A stretch of DNA of 64,000 nt from an uncultured virus (IMG/VR IMGVR_UViG_3300042879_002288) (IMGVR_UViG_3300042879_002288), one strand, 5' to 3'; positions 11,007 to 20,368 are shown, numbered from the stretch's first letter. A program made the numbers and translations. Notes: generated from the sequence alone by a model not told the origin.

Positions 11007-11285
11007 TTAGGCCTTTTTTCTGTCTGGGATGATTGCGTTAATCATGGAGTCAAACAGACCGAACACTTTGTTGTCTCTCTCCGTGGGAGTGAGGTTGACA
11101 ACAATCTTCACCAACGCCAGGAAGACGATGAGAAGTTCGGTGATGATTCCAGGAGTGAACCATCCAGACTCAGCGACCGCTTCGTTCGGTGCCGTCTGAG
11201 CAACTGTTGCAGAGTCTGCAACGGCTGCCATAGTGTCCATCACCACTGGCAATGAATCAACTACAGTTGCAAGGGTATCAATCAT
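11007..11285 (-). CDS. Small membrane protein (possibly holin-like)
   Basis: One hydrophobic helix followed by IVVNLTPTERDN. Confidence 0.65.
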   Translation of the reverse strand: MIDTLATVVDSLPVVMDTMAAVADSATVAQTAPNEAVAESGWFTPGIITELLIVFLALVKIVVNLTPTERDNKVFGLFDSMINAIIPDRKKA

Positions 11286-11305
11286 ATCTTAGAGGGTTTC
11301 CGTTA

Positions 11306-11533
11306 CTACTTGCTGTTTCTCTTGGCAGGCCTGTTGTCAGCCCTGTTCTTCGAGGCGCTAATGTAGCCAATAATCTTCCCATTGGAACCATGTGCGGCAT
11401 CTTTTTTATCGCCGTTCCCATACGTGCCGTTGTCACGGTTGTATTTGTTCAGTTCCGCACGGTACTTCTTGGCCTCTGGCTTAGACCCATACTTCTCGTA
11501 CTCTTTTTTGTAGTTACGCTTTTTTGCCTTCAC
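11306..11533 (-). CDS. Small basic protein, HNH-like remnant
   Basis: RNYKKEY...GDKKDAAH...ASKNRA; TAACTTTG box 4 nt before the GTG. Confidence 0.65.
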   Translation of the reverse strand: MKAKKRNYKKEYEKYGSKPEAKKYRAELNKYNRDNGTYGNGDKKDAAHGSNGKIIGYISASKNRADNRPAKRNSK

Positions 11534-12167
11534 CCTGCAAAGTTACGGAATCGCCTCCTTTACTCTGATTGACAAGCCGTATCCACTCAGATATGTCCGC
11601 CCTGATTACATCCTTCAGTTCGCTTGAGTTGGATGAGGACGACATCTCTGTGTACAAATTGAACAACAGGCTCTTTGATGGCCTGCATACCTCTGCAATC
11701 CAGTTGTCGCCAAACCAAATCTTAAGCCCGCTAGGTATGTCGACATACAAGTCCTTGTCTACGAATATGAGGACGCCCCATCCCTGGCCTATAAAGATGT
11801 TGTTTACCATCTCAATCGGCCATTTGTCCTCAGAGTTTATCCCTATGGGATGGACGCCACAGCAGCCATACTCCTTATCCTTCATAAATTCAAGGACAGA
11901 CGACACATCAAAGCTTATGTCGTCGTTGGAGATGATGACCTTCTTGTTCTTAGCCATCGAAACTCCGAGATTCCACGAAGGGTTGACATACATGTTGTCG
12001 CCTCTGTGTATGACATTTACCTTCTCGTAGTACGGGAAATCTATGGTCTTGTCTGGGTTGTTGTCCACGAGAAGTATCTCGTCAACAAGTTCGCAGTCGT
12101 TGAAGCCCTCTATGAGTTCCACGATACGCATGTTCTTCCACATCGTGGGGATGATAACGCTATACAT
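11514..12167 (-). CDS. Glycosyltransferase family 2
   Basis: SVIIPT, ILLVDN, WNLG, SNDD, GDNW. Confidence 0.85.
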   Translation of the reverse strand: MYSVIIPTMWKNMRIVELIEGFNDCELVDEILLVDNNPDKTIDFPYYEKVNVIHRGDNMYVNPSWNLGVSMAKNKKVIISNDDISFDVSSVLEFMKDKEYGCCGVHPIGINSEDKWPIEMVNNIFIGQGWGVLIFVDKDLYVDIPSGLKIWFGDNWIAEVCRPSKSLLFNLYTEMSSSSNSSELKDVIRADISEWIRLVNQSKGGDSVTLQGEGKKA

Positions 12168-12937
12168 TACAGAAGCATCTTATAGTTTTTGGGAAGGTAC
12201 GAGTTGTCATTTATGTCTACAAACTCGTAATCAATTCCGTCTCGCTTAAACAAGTCCCTGTGATTTGCTATGGCCTCTTTGATGTTCTCTTCGCTGGTAA
12301 ACTCATCTGTATTAAACTCTTGATGAGCAAAATGCATCAACTTGTTCTGAATCATCTTTATGTCTCCAAAATAAGAGAAATGCCAGCCTCCGTTTTCAAT
12401 CGCTTGCGTGGTGTAAGACATCCTTATGTTTTCAGTTCCTCTATACAATTTAACAAGTTCATATGTGGCCACCTTAGGATGATACCACTTGCTATTAAGC
12501 CTAGTGTTTAAATTGTAATAGTACATATCCTGACGCAACGTAATTGGTTGAAGTATTGCGTAATCAGCAATACCCTTTAAAGAACCTGGGTCTGGTATTT
12601 CATCGCAGTCAGTTATAGTCACTATGTCATCGCCTTGAAGGTCAAGCAAATCTAGCCCCCTAGATATACAGTTTCGCTGATGTCTTTCTCTAACCCATGC
12701 GTCGTCACCTACAGGCATGTCTGTAACTTGAACATACACGATTTTATCAAGGAACTGCTTTACATCATCCTGCACCTTCAAGAAATTCATTTCCTTATCA
12801 GCACCAGCATGTGTCTTGTCAGCCTCTACGATTACAAAATGGTCTACGGTGTCATAAAGCTCAGTAAGTCTGAACTTCAGCATGTTGTATTCATTGTAAA
12901 ACGTAAAACAATCAACTATCTTTCTTTTGCGTTTCAT
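12167..12937 (-). CDS. GT17-like (beta-1,4-GlcNAc transferase-like) glycosyltransferase
   Basis: DCFTFYNE, FVIVEA, ERHQRN, DCDEIP, GWHFSY. Confidence 0.85.
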   Translation of the reverse strand: MKRKRKIVDCFTFYNEYNMLKFRLTELYDTVDHFVIVEADKTHAGADKEMNFLKVQDDVKQFLDKIVYVQVTDMPVGDDAWVRERHQRNCISRGLDLLDLQGDDIVTITDCDEIPDPGSLKGIADYAILQPITLRQDMYYYNLNTRLNSKWYHPKVATYELVKLYRGTENIRMSYTTQAIENGGWHFSYFGDIKMIQNKLMHFAHQEFNTDEFTSEENIKEAIANHRDLFKRDGIDYEFVDINDNSYLPKNYKMLL

Positions 12938-14051
12938 TTACTTTGTTTTCGTAGTAAGAAAAGTTCTTTAGCAGCCTAGCTTGCTCTTCTGATGGAACTT
13001 CTTTGAATGTGTCAGACTCTATGAACTTCTTTGCATTCTCGTAGGCCAACTGCGGCTGTCCAACGTAGTACGCAGCCATGCAATACTCGTCCATAAACAT
13101 CCAATTTTTTATGGGAGCACTTACAAACAGAACGTCTATCTCTCTATAGTTCTGCGCTGCCATGTTCCCATATGTGAACGCAAGTACGTGTCTGTTGTTC
13201 AAACGAAGAAGCCTCATCAAATAGTATACTGCCTCAAGTCTATGGGGCCTGCACTCCCAGGCTAAACTATAAGCCTCTATAACTTCTTTGACAGGTCTTT
13301 TGGTTTCTTCAAGCAATAGAGCCACCTGAAGCAAAGAGATGTATACCTCTTCGTCCCATCCTTTCATGTTGGCTCTTTTTCTATAAGCCTTTATTGCTTT
13401 CTCTTTCTGCTGAGAATCCCTATAAGACTGAGCAAGATAGAAGGCGTATCTGGCGTTGTCTGGCTCTTTCTTAAGTGCCTTTTCAAGTATTTTAGCATCG
13501 TTTGCATACTTCTCTATAAGAGAGTTTGCTCGTTTTAGAGGAGATATGTCTGCCTTTATGTAACACTTGGGAATAACGAACCCCCTACGAGAGTTGGCCT
13601 CTTCGTCGTCAATATGCGGATATTCGTGAAGCACTCCCTTAAATACCCAGTCTTCATCTGACTTAAACAAAAAGTTTCTGGTGTACTCAAGGCCTCCAAA
13701 CTTCAGCAATATGCCATGTGATGATTTCGTTTTGTCAATTCCTTCAAATGGGTTTACACCTTCGTCTGGAATAAACAAGTCGTCAGCATCCATCATAAAT
13801 CTGTAGTCGCACTTTCCCAAAGCCAATCGCAAGGCCTCCGTCCTGTTGTGTGCAAAATCAACCCAAGGCCTCTCATGTACTTCTCCAGGGATTCCAAGTT
13901 CCTTGGTTACTTCTTTAATTTTTTGTATCGTGTTGTCTTTGGAACCCGTGTCTACGATGACGTAGTACGAAATAAAGGGAGCAACGCTCTTGATACATTC
14001 CTCTATGCAGGACTCTTCGTCCTTTACAATCATATTCAGGCATAGTTCCAT
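12912..14051 (-). CDS. GT2 glycosyltransferase with TPR repeats
   Basis: LNMIVKDE, VDTGSKD, DADD, GVLHEY, FYLAQSYRD. Confidence 0.88.
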   Translation of the reverse strand: MELCLNMIVKDEESCIEECIKSVAPFISYYVIVDTGSKDNTIQKIKEVTKELGIPGEVHERPWVDFAHNRTEALRLALGKCDYRFMMDADDLFIPDEGVNPFEGIDKTKSSHGILLKFGGLEYTRNFLFKSDEDWVFKGVLHEYPHIDDEEANSRRGFVIPKCYIKADISPLKRANSLIEKYANDAKILEKALKKEPDNARYAFYLAQSYRDSQQKEKAIKAYRKRANMKGWDEEVYISLLQVALLLEETKRPVKEVIEAYSLAWECRPHRLEAVYYLMRLLRLNNRHVLAFTYGNMAAQNYREIDVLFVSAPIKNWMFMDEYCMAAYYVGQPQLAYENAKKFIESDTFKEVPSEEQARLLKNFSYYENKVNETQKKDS

Positions 14052-14056
14052 TTAAT

Positions 14057-14995
14057 TCAGTTTAAAAACTTTTCTTCAAATCTACGCATTACATTGGCTG
14101 GAGAAAACTCTTCGACTATTTTTTTAAAATATCCTGGCTCATAATCAAATTTTTTCTTAGACAATATCTGTTTTAGGTAATCTTCATTTGAATACATAAG
14201 TCCAGTATGCTCAAGCATCAACCTGTGATTCTGGTCATGACCTCCAGTCCAGGCTACCACTGGCTTGTCCATAAATAAAAACTCGCTTATAGCTAATCCA
14301 AAAGACTCTCCCATAGCTCTACCGTGAATCATAGCATTGCATGTGTTTATGAACTTTACCTTGTACTCAAGGTCATAATTAGGCGGTAGGTGTATAATGT
14401 TTGGAAGGCTTTGACAAAACTTATCAGTGTTCATGAACAAAAAATAAGTGTCTGGGTTTTCAACCGCAGCATGATAAACCGTGCTTATGGTCATGGGCAG
14501 GTTGAATTGGCTTTCCCCACCATGTCTGCCCCACACAAAAGCGTCTCTTGGTATCCCAAGCTCTTCTCTTAAATCTCCTTCTGGATAAGGTAAGTCGACT
14601 ATGTGAGGAATGTAGTCGTCTGGCTTATTGTTTACTTCCGCCAGCCACTTTGATATATACATGTATCTGTCTCCATGCGGCTCGTTTATGTTGAAAACGA
14701 CATGAACAAGGTTTTTTACGTTATTCAACAAAAACTCTTCTTCGCCAGAACGACATAGATGTATGTACTCTGCACCAACAGATAGTGCGAAATCATCAAG
14801 CTCGTGTACCTCGTCAAAAAGAAAAACTTCAAATCTATCTGAGAACTTTTTTAGAGTGAACAGGTCCGAGTTTTTTCTTGACGCTATGTATGATTTATTG
14901 CCAAGAACTTCTTCATTTGCAACGGCATAATCATACATGGCAACTTCGCTTCCACGAACGCTAAGTTGGTTTGAATAAAATATGACTTTTTTCAT
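14057..14995 (-). CDS. GT-B (GT4-like) glycosyltransferase
   Basis: RGSEVAMYDYA, GRHGG, GESFGLAISEF. Confidence 0.8.
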   Translation of the reverse strand: MKKVIFYSNQLSVRGSEVAMYDYAVANEEVLGNKSYIASRKNSDLFTLKKFSDRFEVFLFDEVHELDDFALSVGAEYIHLCRSGEEEFLLNNVKNLVHVVFNINEPHGDRYMYISKWLAEVNNKPDDYIPHIVDLPYPEGDLREELGIPRDAFVWGRHGGESQFNLPMTISTVYHAAVENPDTYFLFMNTDKFCQSLPNIIHLPPNYDLEYKVKFINTCNAMIHGRAMGESFGLAISEFLFMDKPVVAWTGGHDQNHRLMLEHTGLMYSNEDYLKQILSKKKFDYEPGYFKKIVEEFSPANVMRRFEEKFLN

Positions 14996-15285
14996 TTACT
15001 AAATTTCTCTGCAAACCCAGCCCTGTAGTCCTTCTCCTCTTTCATCCCTCCAGTGGCCTGAAGTTCTTTCTTCATGTCGGTGAGTTCTTGGTACTTCTTT
15101 ATCAGGTCCTGACAGTCTACGGCAGTCTGCTTCACAGATTGTAGCTCTGCTTTTCTCCCTGCCCCAGAGGCTTCGGGGTCTACTGGGCGCCTGACCTCTT
15201 CAATCATGTTATTGATTGCCACCTCCATGCTCCCCATGAGCCTGTCTATGGCGTCTACAGTGTCAAAGCTCTTCTGTCTGGACAT
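14992..15285 (-). CDS. Helical phage protein, possible terminase small subunit
   Basis: 97-aa helical ORF ending GFAEKFSK; function is inferred from position only. Confidence 0.5.
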   Translation of the reverse strand: MSRQKSFDTVDAIDRLMGSMEVAINNMIEEVRRPVDPEASGAGRKAELQSVKQTAVDCQDLIKKYQELTDMKKELQATGGMKEEKDYRAGFAEKFSK

Positions 15286-15856
15286 ACATAAGGTCTTCTA
15301 CGCGGGTTCTGTAGTACTCTATGCCGTCAATCTTGAATCTGTAATCGTGGTTCTTCTTGAACCCAACCACGTCTCCCTTCTTCACGCCAATCTCGGATAA
15401 TTCGTCAGAATCAAACGCCACGACACCTTTGGTGACGGGAGGTTCATTAAACTCAACAACCTCTATAATTTCCGACATCTTGACCCTGGGCTCCTCGTAC
15501 GGCGCCAGCACGGACCACTTGTTAAGCGTGTGGAAGAGTCCCGTGTCCCTGCTCTTGTATCCTATGGCCTGATTATTCGTGGCTATAGATGGGCTAAACT
15601 TTACAAGGTAGTGGTCCTTTAAGTCGGCCAATACTTGTCCGTCGTTCATGACCACGAGGTGGTGGAAATAAAGGGTATCTCCAACCTGTACTGGGGTGTC
15701 ATACTTAAACGGAACCGATATTACTTCTCCCTCGTTTACTCGATACTCAAATTCGTTGAATCTCGTGTCCACGTACAACTCAAGTCCATTGGAAAGGGAG
15801 ATAGTGTCATTAACCCGCTTTGGCAGGTAGACGACAAAACTGTCGTAAGAACGCAT
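15263..15856 (-). CDS. GroES-like co-chaperonin (tandem-domain)
   Basis: GLELYVD, GEVISVP, VQVGDTLYF, and a second VKKGDVVGF unit. Confidence 0.7.
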   Translation of the reverse strand: MRSYDSFVVYLPKRVNDTISLSNGLELYVDTRFNEFEYRVNEGEVISVPFKYDTPVQVGDTLYFHHLVVMNDGQVLADLKDHYLVKFSPSIATNNQAIGYKSRDTGLFHTLNKWSVLAPYEEPRVKMSEIIEVVEFNEPPVTKGVVAFDSDELSEIGVKKGDVVGFKKNHDYRFKIDGIEYYRTRVEDLMYVQTEEL

Positions 15857-16014
15857 TACTTCTTTCTATAAGGGAAGATTATATTTAATTTTTCTTGTCT
15901 CTTCTTGCACCCACAGTCCTCTCCCGCCACCTTCTTGACCACGGATTCTATGCCCGTGGCTTTTGTAATCTTGGCTATGGTGTCGCCAAGGCCCTTGCTT
16001 TGTTCGTTTTCCAT
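15856..16014 (-). CDS. Small conserved-looking phage protein, 52 aa
   Basis: Hand-translated MENEQSKGLGDTIAKITKATGI...DCGCKKRQEKLN..FPY; start and stop overlap both neighbours. Confidence 0.75.
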   Translation of the reverse strand: MENEQSKGLGDTIAKITKATGIESVVKKVAGEDCGCKKRQEKLNIIFPYRKK

Positions 16015-16265
16015 CAGAAGTTCAAATCGTATTCAACTATACACGGCATGTCGTCTATGGTCTTCCAGAGTACCTGGGTTCCATCTGGTTCCTGCAAATA
16101 TATGTGGTACCTGGACTTGCTGTGGCGAGCCATCGTGGCATCATCGTACACTATAGCACTGATGGCGTTCTCTTTCATCTTCCCCACTGGCATCCCCACA
16201 AAGTATGCCATGGCGTTAGTTTTCGGCTCCTGACCGACAATAATCTTTCTTATAAGTCCTTCCAT
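16014..16265 (-). CDS. Hypothetical protein
   Basis: 83-aa ORF coupled to its neighbours. Confidence 0.75.
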   Translation of the reverse strand: MEGLIRKIIVGQEPKTNAMAYFVGMPVGKMKENAISAIVYDDATMARHSKSRYHIYLQEPDGTQVLWKTIDDMPCIVEYDLNF

Positions 16266-16266
16266 T

Positions 16267-16599
16267 TTAATTAAGTGATATAAATCCGTCGAACAGGTCG
16301 TCTGTCGCAGACAGTCTATTTTTTTTCTTAGATTCTTGGTTTTCTTTCTCGTACACCTCCACGGCGTGGGACATCATGTCGAACATCTCCTGCGAGTCTG
16401 CCACGTTAAATAGGTACATGGCCTCTATATTTGCCTGCTCATCCTCGTCGAAGTCACGTATGACTGAAACTATATTTACAAGGATTACGTCCTGTCTTAC
16501 GTCGAGGCTATCTGCAAGGTCGTCTATCTGAGACAGAAGATTCTTGGCCTTAGTCATAAACATATTAAGTTTAATATCACGCTCAAGTCTTCCTTTCAT
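16267..16599 (-). CDS. Hypothetical acidic protein
   Basis: 110-aa ORF preceded by TATTTTTG-N5. Confidence 0.7.
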   Translation of the reverse strand: MKGRLERDIKLNMFMTKAKNLLSQIDDLADSLDVRQDVILVNIVSVIRDFDEDEQANIEAMYLFNVADSQEMFDMMSHAVEVYEKENQESKKKNRLSATDDLFDGFISLN

Positions 16600-16624
16600 G
16601 GCTACAAAAATAAAGAAACAATTT

Positions 16625-17023
16625 ATGTTCCGTGAGTTCCTGTATAAAGATAAGGAAACGCGGGAGTCAAACTATCTGAAGTACCACAAGATGGTTAAGA
16701 AGTCTGTGGTAGACGAGCACGACATAAACAACTCTATCCTGGATTTTTTGGTGTGGGCATATGACATGGAGTTCTTCACCACCAGGCACGTTTGCAAGGA
16801 CCTGAAGATGCGTCAGAGCAACTACTATGAGCGGGTGATTATGATTGCCCTACGCAAGGGACTTATATATCATTACTTCAAGCGTATGGAAACCTTCAAC
16901 ACGTTTGAGGGCGCACAGTTTCGGGAGGACGGGGGACACAGCTACAGGGTTAGGTACGCCCTTACCCAGCGTGGGAGGATGATTGTAAAGAAGTTCTACG
17001 ACAGACTTCAGAAGGGAGAGTAG
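16625..17023 (+). CDS. Winged-helix (MarR-like) DNA-binding protein
   Basis: Helix-turn-helix segment, LRKGLI, YALTQRGR wing; start uncertain (alternative 16598). Confidence 0.6.
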   Translation: MFREFLYKDKETRESNYLKYHKMVKKSVVDEHDINNSILDFLVWAYDMEFFTTRHVCKDLKMRQSNYYERVIMIALRKGLIYHYFKRMETFNTFEGAQFREDGGHSYRVRYALTQRGRMIVKKFYDRLQKGE

Positions 17024-17466
17024 ACGGCACGTCCCTTGTGCATCTTGGCACGGAGAACCTGTCTCTTGTTGGAGCCTTCTTTGTACGACACGTGTACCCA
17101 GTCTGGGTTGTCCTTGTCCCCAAACTCCCAAATCAGTTGGTTGAAGTCGAGGTTGTTCTTGATGAAGTCAAAAATCTCTTTGTTTGTGACGCCACCAAAA
17201 ACATCTCCATCAAGGTCGAGCGCACGCCCCTCCATATGTTCTGACGTCTTGCTCCCTCCGATGGCTTTGTTGAGGGCGAGGGAGCGAAACCCTGACGTGA
17301 CTGCAATCGCCACATCGAAGTGGTCTCGTACGGGCTGAAATACATGCTGAGCTATAAGTTGTAGGTTACGTGTCTGTACCTGGTTGGGGACGTTCTTTAT
17401 CCCCAGCCTGGTGGCCACCTGTGATTTGGTGGCCTCGGCCAGCGTAAGATTCTTGCTCAGCTGCAT
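17008..17466 (-). CDS. Peptidase M15 endolysin
   Basis: SGFRS..LNKAIGG..TSEH..G.A.D...WVHVSY. Confidence 0.92.
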   Translation of the reverse strand: MQLSKNLTLAEATKSQVATRLGIKNVPNQVQTRNLQLIAQHVFQPVRDHFDVAIAVTSGFRSLALNKAIGGSKTSEHMEGRALDLDGDVFGGVTNKEIFDFIKNNLDFNQLIWEFGDKDNPDWVHVSYKEGSNKRQVLRAKMHKGRAVYSPF

Positions 17467-17467
17467 C

Positions 17468-17662
17468 TTACTTATTCTTACGCATGTATGCCTCGTAGTC
17501 GGATACCAGGAGCTTGTTGTCGTTCAGCTTCCCAGAAACTATGGGTCCGTACTCCTTGACGTTACGTCCTCTCTGGCTGGTGGCGAAGAGGATGAGTTCC
17601 TTCTCGTTGTACCGTGGCCTGGGGGCGGGGGCGCCAGCTGGCTTGTTCGTAATCGTCTTCAT
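17468..17662 (-). CDS. Small hypothetical protein
   Basis: MKTITNKPAG...; TATCTTTG box upstream; start uncertain. Confidence 0.5.
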   Translation of the reverse strand: MKTITNKPAGAPAPRPRYNEKELILFATSQRGRNVKEYGPIVSGKLNDNKLLVSDYEAYMRKNK

Positions 17663-17760
17663 AAGTGGATTTTGAGCAAAGATAAAAAATTTTTTCATCC
17701 GCACACAATACCGATTGTCGTCCTGCGTTTCGATATTAGATAAACCCAAAAACCTCTCTC

Positions 17761-18306
17761 ATGAAAACGACAGCTTTGTTTCTCTTGTCGGCCCTGGCGC
17801 TGACGTCTTTGGCCTCGGGCCCAGGTAAGGCACAGTCTAACGTGTCACCTGTGTCCTTCCGTATCATCCTCAACCACGACGGCAACCTGCTCTCAAGCTC
17901 TGCCAACGACTCTATCGTGTGGGAGTTGTGGGTGGAGACGCAGGGAATTCGCGTGTACTCTAACGAGACCTTCGAGGAGCGTGTGACACGCTACGGAATT
18001 ACTGACGAGTTTATCGAGAACTCCAAACAAGAGAACGCTCCGTTCATAGCACACAACCAGGGCAGCACCTACTTCACGTACACCACGAACAAGGCTGGGC
18101 TGCACCACATCGAGGCATACAACAAGTACACTGGCGAGCTGGTGGGGTACACGGTACTCATGCTCGACAGCTTCTTCACCCTCCCCCACTACAGCGGAAA
18201 GAAGACAGAGTGGCCGTTGATTCTGGAGCGGGGAGGCAAGCTCAACGCCTGGAGCCCATTCACGAATAACACCTACTCAGGACGATTTAAGCTGGGGGTG
18301 CAGTAA
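17761..18306 (+). CDS. Exported protein of unknown function
   Basis: Sec-type signal peptide MKTTALFLLSALALTSLA; own promoter-like motif and terminator. Confidence 0.7.
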   Translation: MKTTALFLLSALALTSLASGPGKAQSNVSPVSFRIILNHDGNLLSSSANDSIVWELWVETQGIRVYSNETFEERVTRYGITDEFIENSKQENAPFIAHNQGSTYFTYTTNKAGLHHIEAYNKYTGELVGYTVLMLDSFFTLPHYSGKKTEWPLILERGGKLNAWSPFTNNTYSGRFKLGVQ

Positions 18307-18340
18307 AAGAGAAGAGCGGCGATTGCCGCTCTTTTTCTTT
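18306..18340. terminator. Bidirectional intrinsic terminator
   Basis: AAGAGCGGC-GATT-GCCGCTCTT with A- and T-rich flanks between convergent genes. Confidence 0.85.
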
Positions 18341-19490
18341 AGAACTCAGCTCGTGCTGACTGCTTTTTCCTAAGTAGGTTCATGAGCGGGCTGTAGCTCA
18401 CGTCGTACAATTCTTTCCCAGCTTTGTCGTACCCACGGCTTATGACCCTGAAGGGGCTGCTTCTTTCTTCTGTGCGGTAGGCCTGCGCCCTCATGGCGTC
18501 GCTAATCTCTGTCTGAACAGGACGCTTCTTGGGGACCATGCCACCGTTATTGTAGCCTCTCTTCATGGCATTGACTTGCTCCATGGCTCTTCTTATACGC
18601 TCATCTGCCTGGGTGCTTCTGCTTTGAAGCTGTTGCTCTGCCTCCTTTCTCACCATGTCGGCGAAGTATCTGTTGTCCATGCCCCTGGACTCTGCTGGCT
18701 TCTCCTGCATCCCAGACCCTTCCATAAACGTCTGCACAAAGTCTCTGGCCTCTGGGGTGTCTCTGGTGATGTCTACACCAGCTGACTCTGCCTGTCTTAC
18801 CAGCTCTGGGATGTCGCCCTCCATAACCGTGCGTCCACCGACACCTGTCAGGTACTTAGGCAGTGGCTCGCTACGCACCAATCCAGCCTGTCTTACTTCC
18901 GCATTGGGGTCGTAGAACGACGCTCTGGGCATTATCGTCTCACCGAATACCAGGGCCCCATGGAAGTCGCCTATACGCTTGTCGGTCATGAGTCTCTTGG
19001 TGGTGGCAAGCTTCTCCTCGTCTGACATACCCTTGAGGATAGCGAAGTTGGGGTTGCCTGACTCTATGGCGCCGTTGATAGCTCTGAGTGCCACCCCAGG
19101 GTTGTCGTCTATGTAGGAGTTTACTTTCTGTGCCCAACGACCATACTGCTGGTCTATGTCTGCATTGGGGTCGCTGAGGTACTCTCTTCCGAACTCCGTG
19201 TTTCTAAGACGTTGCTTTGTCTCTTCATTGTAGTCGCTCAGCATTCCAGTGCTGGGGAGTTGGAAGTCATAGACATCTATCCTCCCCTCACCAACAGCCT
19301 GTATCATGTTAGGGTTTTCCCTGGTGTACTGGGCTGGCTCTATGGTCTGTACTGTCTCATAGTAGTTCCTGGTGTAGTCAGGTCCTGTGACACCACCACC
19401 CATCTGGTACATGGGCATCTTGCCCCCTTGGAGCATCTTGACGACCTTAGAGGCTATGTCCTTAGCCATATTTGATTTTTTGTACTTCAT
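18339..19490 (-). CDS. Probable internal virion protein
   Basis: LQGG/YQMGG/YNNGG motifs like the MYKSGG of 49402..50508. Confidence 0.55.
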   Translation of the reverse strand: MKYKKSNMAKDIASKVVKMLQGGKMPMYQMGGGVTGPDYTRNYYETVQTIEPAQYTRENPNMIQAVGEGRIDVYDFQLPSTGMLSDYNEETKQRLRNTEFGREYLSDPNADIDQQYGRWAQKVNSYIDDNPGVALRAINGAIESGNPNFAILKGMSDEEKLATTKRLMTDKRIGDFHGALVFGETIMPRASFYDPNAEVRQAGLVRSEPLPKYLTGVGGRTVMEGDIPELVRQAESAGVDITRDTPEARDFVQTFMEGSGMQEKPAESRGMDNRYFADMVRKEAEQQLQSRSTQADERIRRAMEQVNAMKRGYNNGGMVPKKRPVQTEISDAMRAQAYRTEERSSPFRVISRGYDKAGKELYDVSYSPLMNLLRKKQSARAEF

Positions 19491-19494
19491 GTCT

Positions 19495-19944
19495 TTATAC
19501 AGATGCTACGAATATCTCTGTTGCACACTGGCTACCTCCCGTGGCGCCGCCACGAATCAACGACACATCTGTGTACGAGGGCGTGGTGTTTGTACCTGTG
19601 GTAGCGTATAGGTCCTTGTTGGAGAGAATGAATGACTCACCACCGTCGAGCTTTACGTTGAACTCGCTCGTGGCTGTCTGCACGTTGAGTATAAGTGACG
19701 ATGGTGGGGAGGCTGTGTCTATATTGGAGACACGCAGGTACCTCATGTTGGACGGGGTGAACACAGAGCCCCCTGGTGTGGTATCAAAGGATACTAAGTC
19801 TGTCATGCCAAGAGCTACTGATTGTACCGTGACGGCTCTCTGCATCACGTCATTGACACCAGTTATGGACAGTGTGTTTACAGAGCCCCTGTTGGAGCCA
19901 TTGAGGTACACCTCCTCTGTTATGCTTACTGTAAGTGTGGCCAT
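19495..19944 (-). CDS. Probable structural protein
   Basis: Beta-rich, S/T-rich 149 aa. Confidence 0.65.
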   Translation of the reverse strand: MATLTVSITEEVYLNGSNRGSVNTLSITGVNDVMQRAVTVQSVALGMTDLVSFDTTPGGSVFTPSNMRYLRVSNIDTASPPSSLILNVQTATSEFNVKLDGGESFILSNKDLYATTGTNTTPSYTDVSLIRGGATGGSQCATEIFVASV

Positions 19945-20078
19945 TACTTGTTTTTCTTGGCTTTAGATATTTCTATGGCTATAAGCTGTTTCTGAGCCCT
20001 GTCCTTGGTGGGGTGTGTCCCCAACAGCTTACCCTTGCTGCTGCGTACCTGGTACTGGCTACCCTTCTTTATAATCAT
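19944..20078 (-). CDS. Small basic protein, 44 aa
   Basis: Hand-translated MIIKKGSQYQVRSSKGKLLGTHPTK...QLIAIEISK; TAATG coupling; TATATTTG-N4-ATG. Confidence 0.75.
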   Translation of the reverse strand: MIIKKGSQYQVRSSKGKLLGTHPTKDRAQKQLIAIEISKAKKNK

Positions 20079-20202
20079 ACGGCAAATATAACACAACAAA
20101 ATACACAGGCCTTTGAGGCAAAAGGAAACACATACATGCCCATACCTATAGGAGACTGTTGTCTGTCTGCTTTATCTATCTTTTTTTTTTGGGTATAGCT
20201 AT

Positions 20203-20333
20203 CCCTTCATACAGACTAATCACAGGCGACCTCCACACTCACTGACTCACTTACTCAATGTTTGCCCAGTGGGGGCCCTCAAGCGCCCCCCAAAAGGCAA
20301 ACGACTGCCTGTTACTGTATCTCCCTGAAGGGC
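20203..20333 (-). ncRNA. Candidate structured non-coding RNA
   Basis: Five nested helices; predicted 5' end lies 4 nt after a TAACTTTG box. Confidence 0.6.
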
Positions 20334-20337
20334 GTAG

Positions 20338-20368
20338 CAAAGTTACAGACTTTTTTGGCAAAAGTCAA
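20338..20368 (-). promoter_or_regulatory. Bacteroidota housekeeping promoter with palindromic spacer
   Basis: TTG-N20-TAACTTTG; spacer holds GACTTTT-N5-AAAAGTC. Confidence 0.7.

Noticed and set aside
10551..11255. ORFs 10551..10751 and 10929..11255
   Set aside because: They overlap tRNA genes or lie antisense to a better-supported gene
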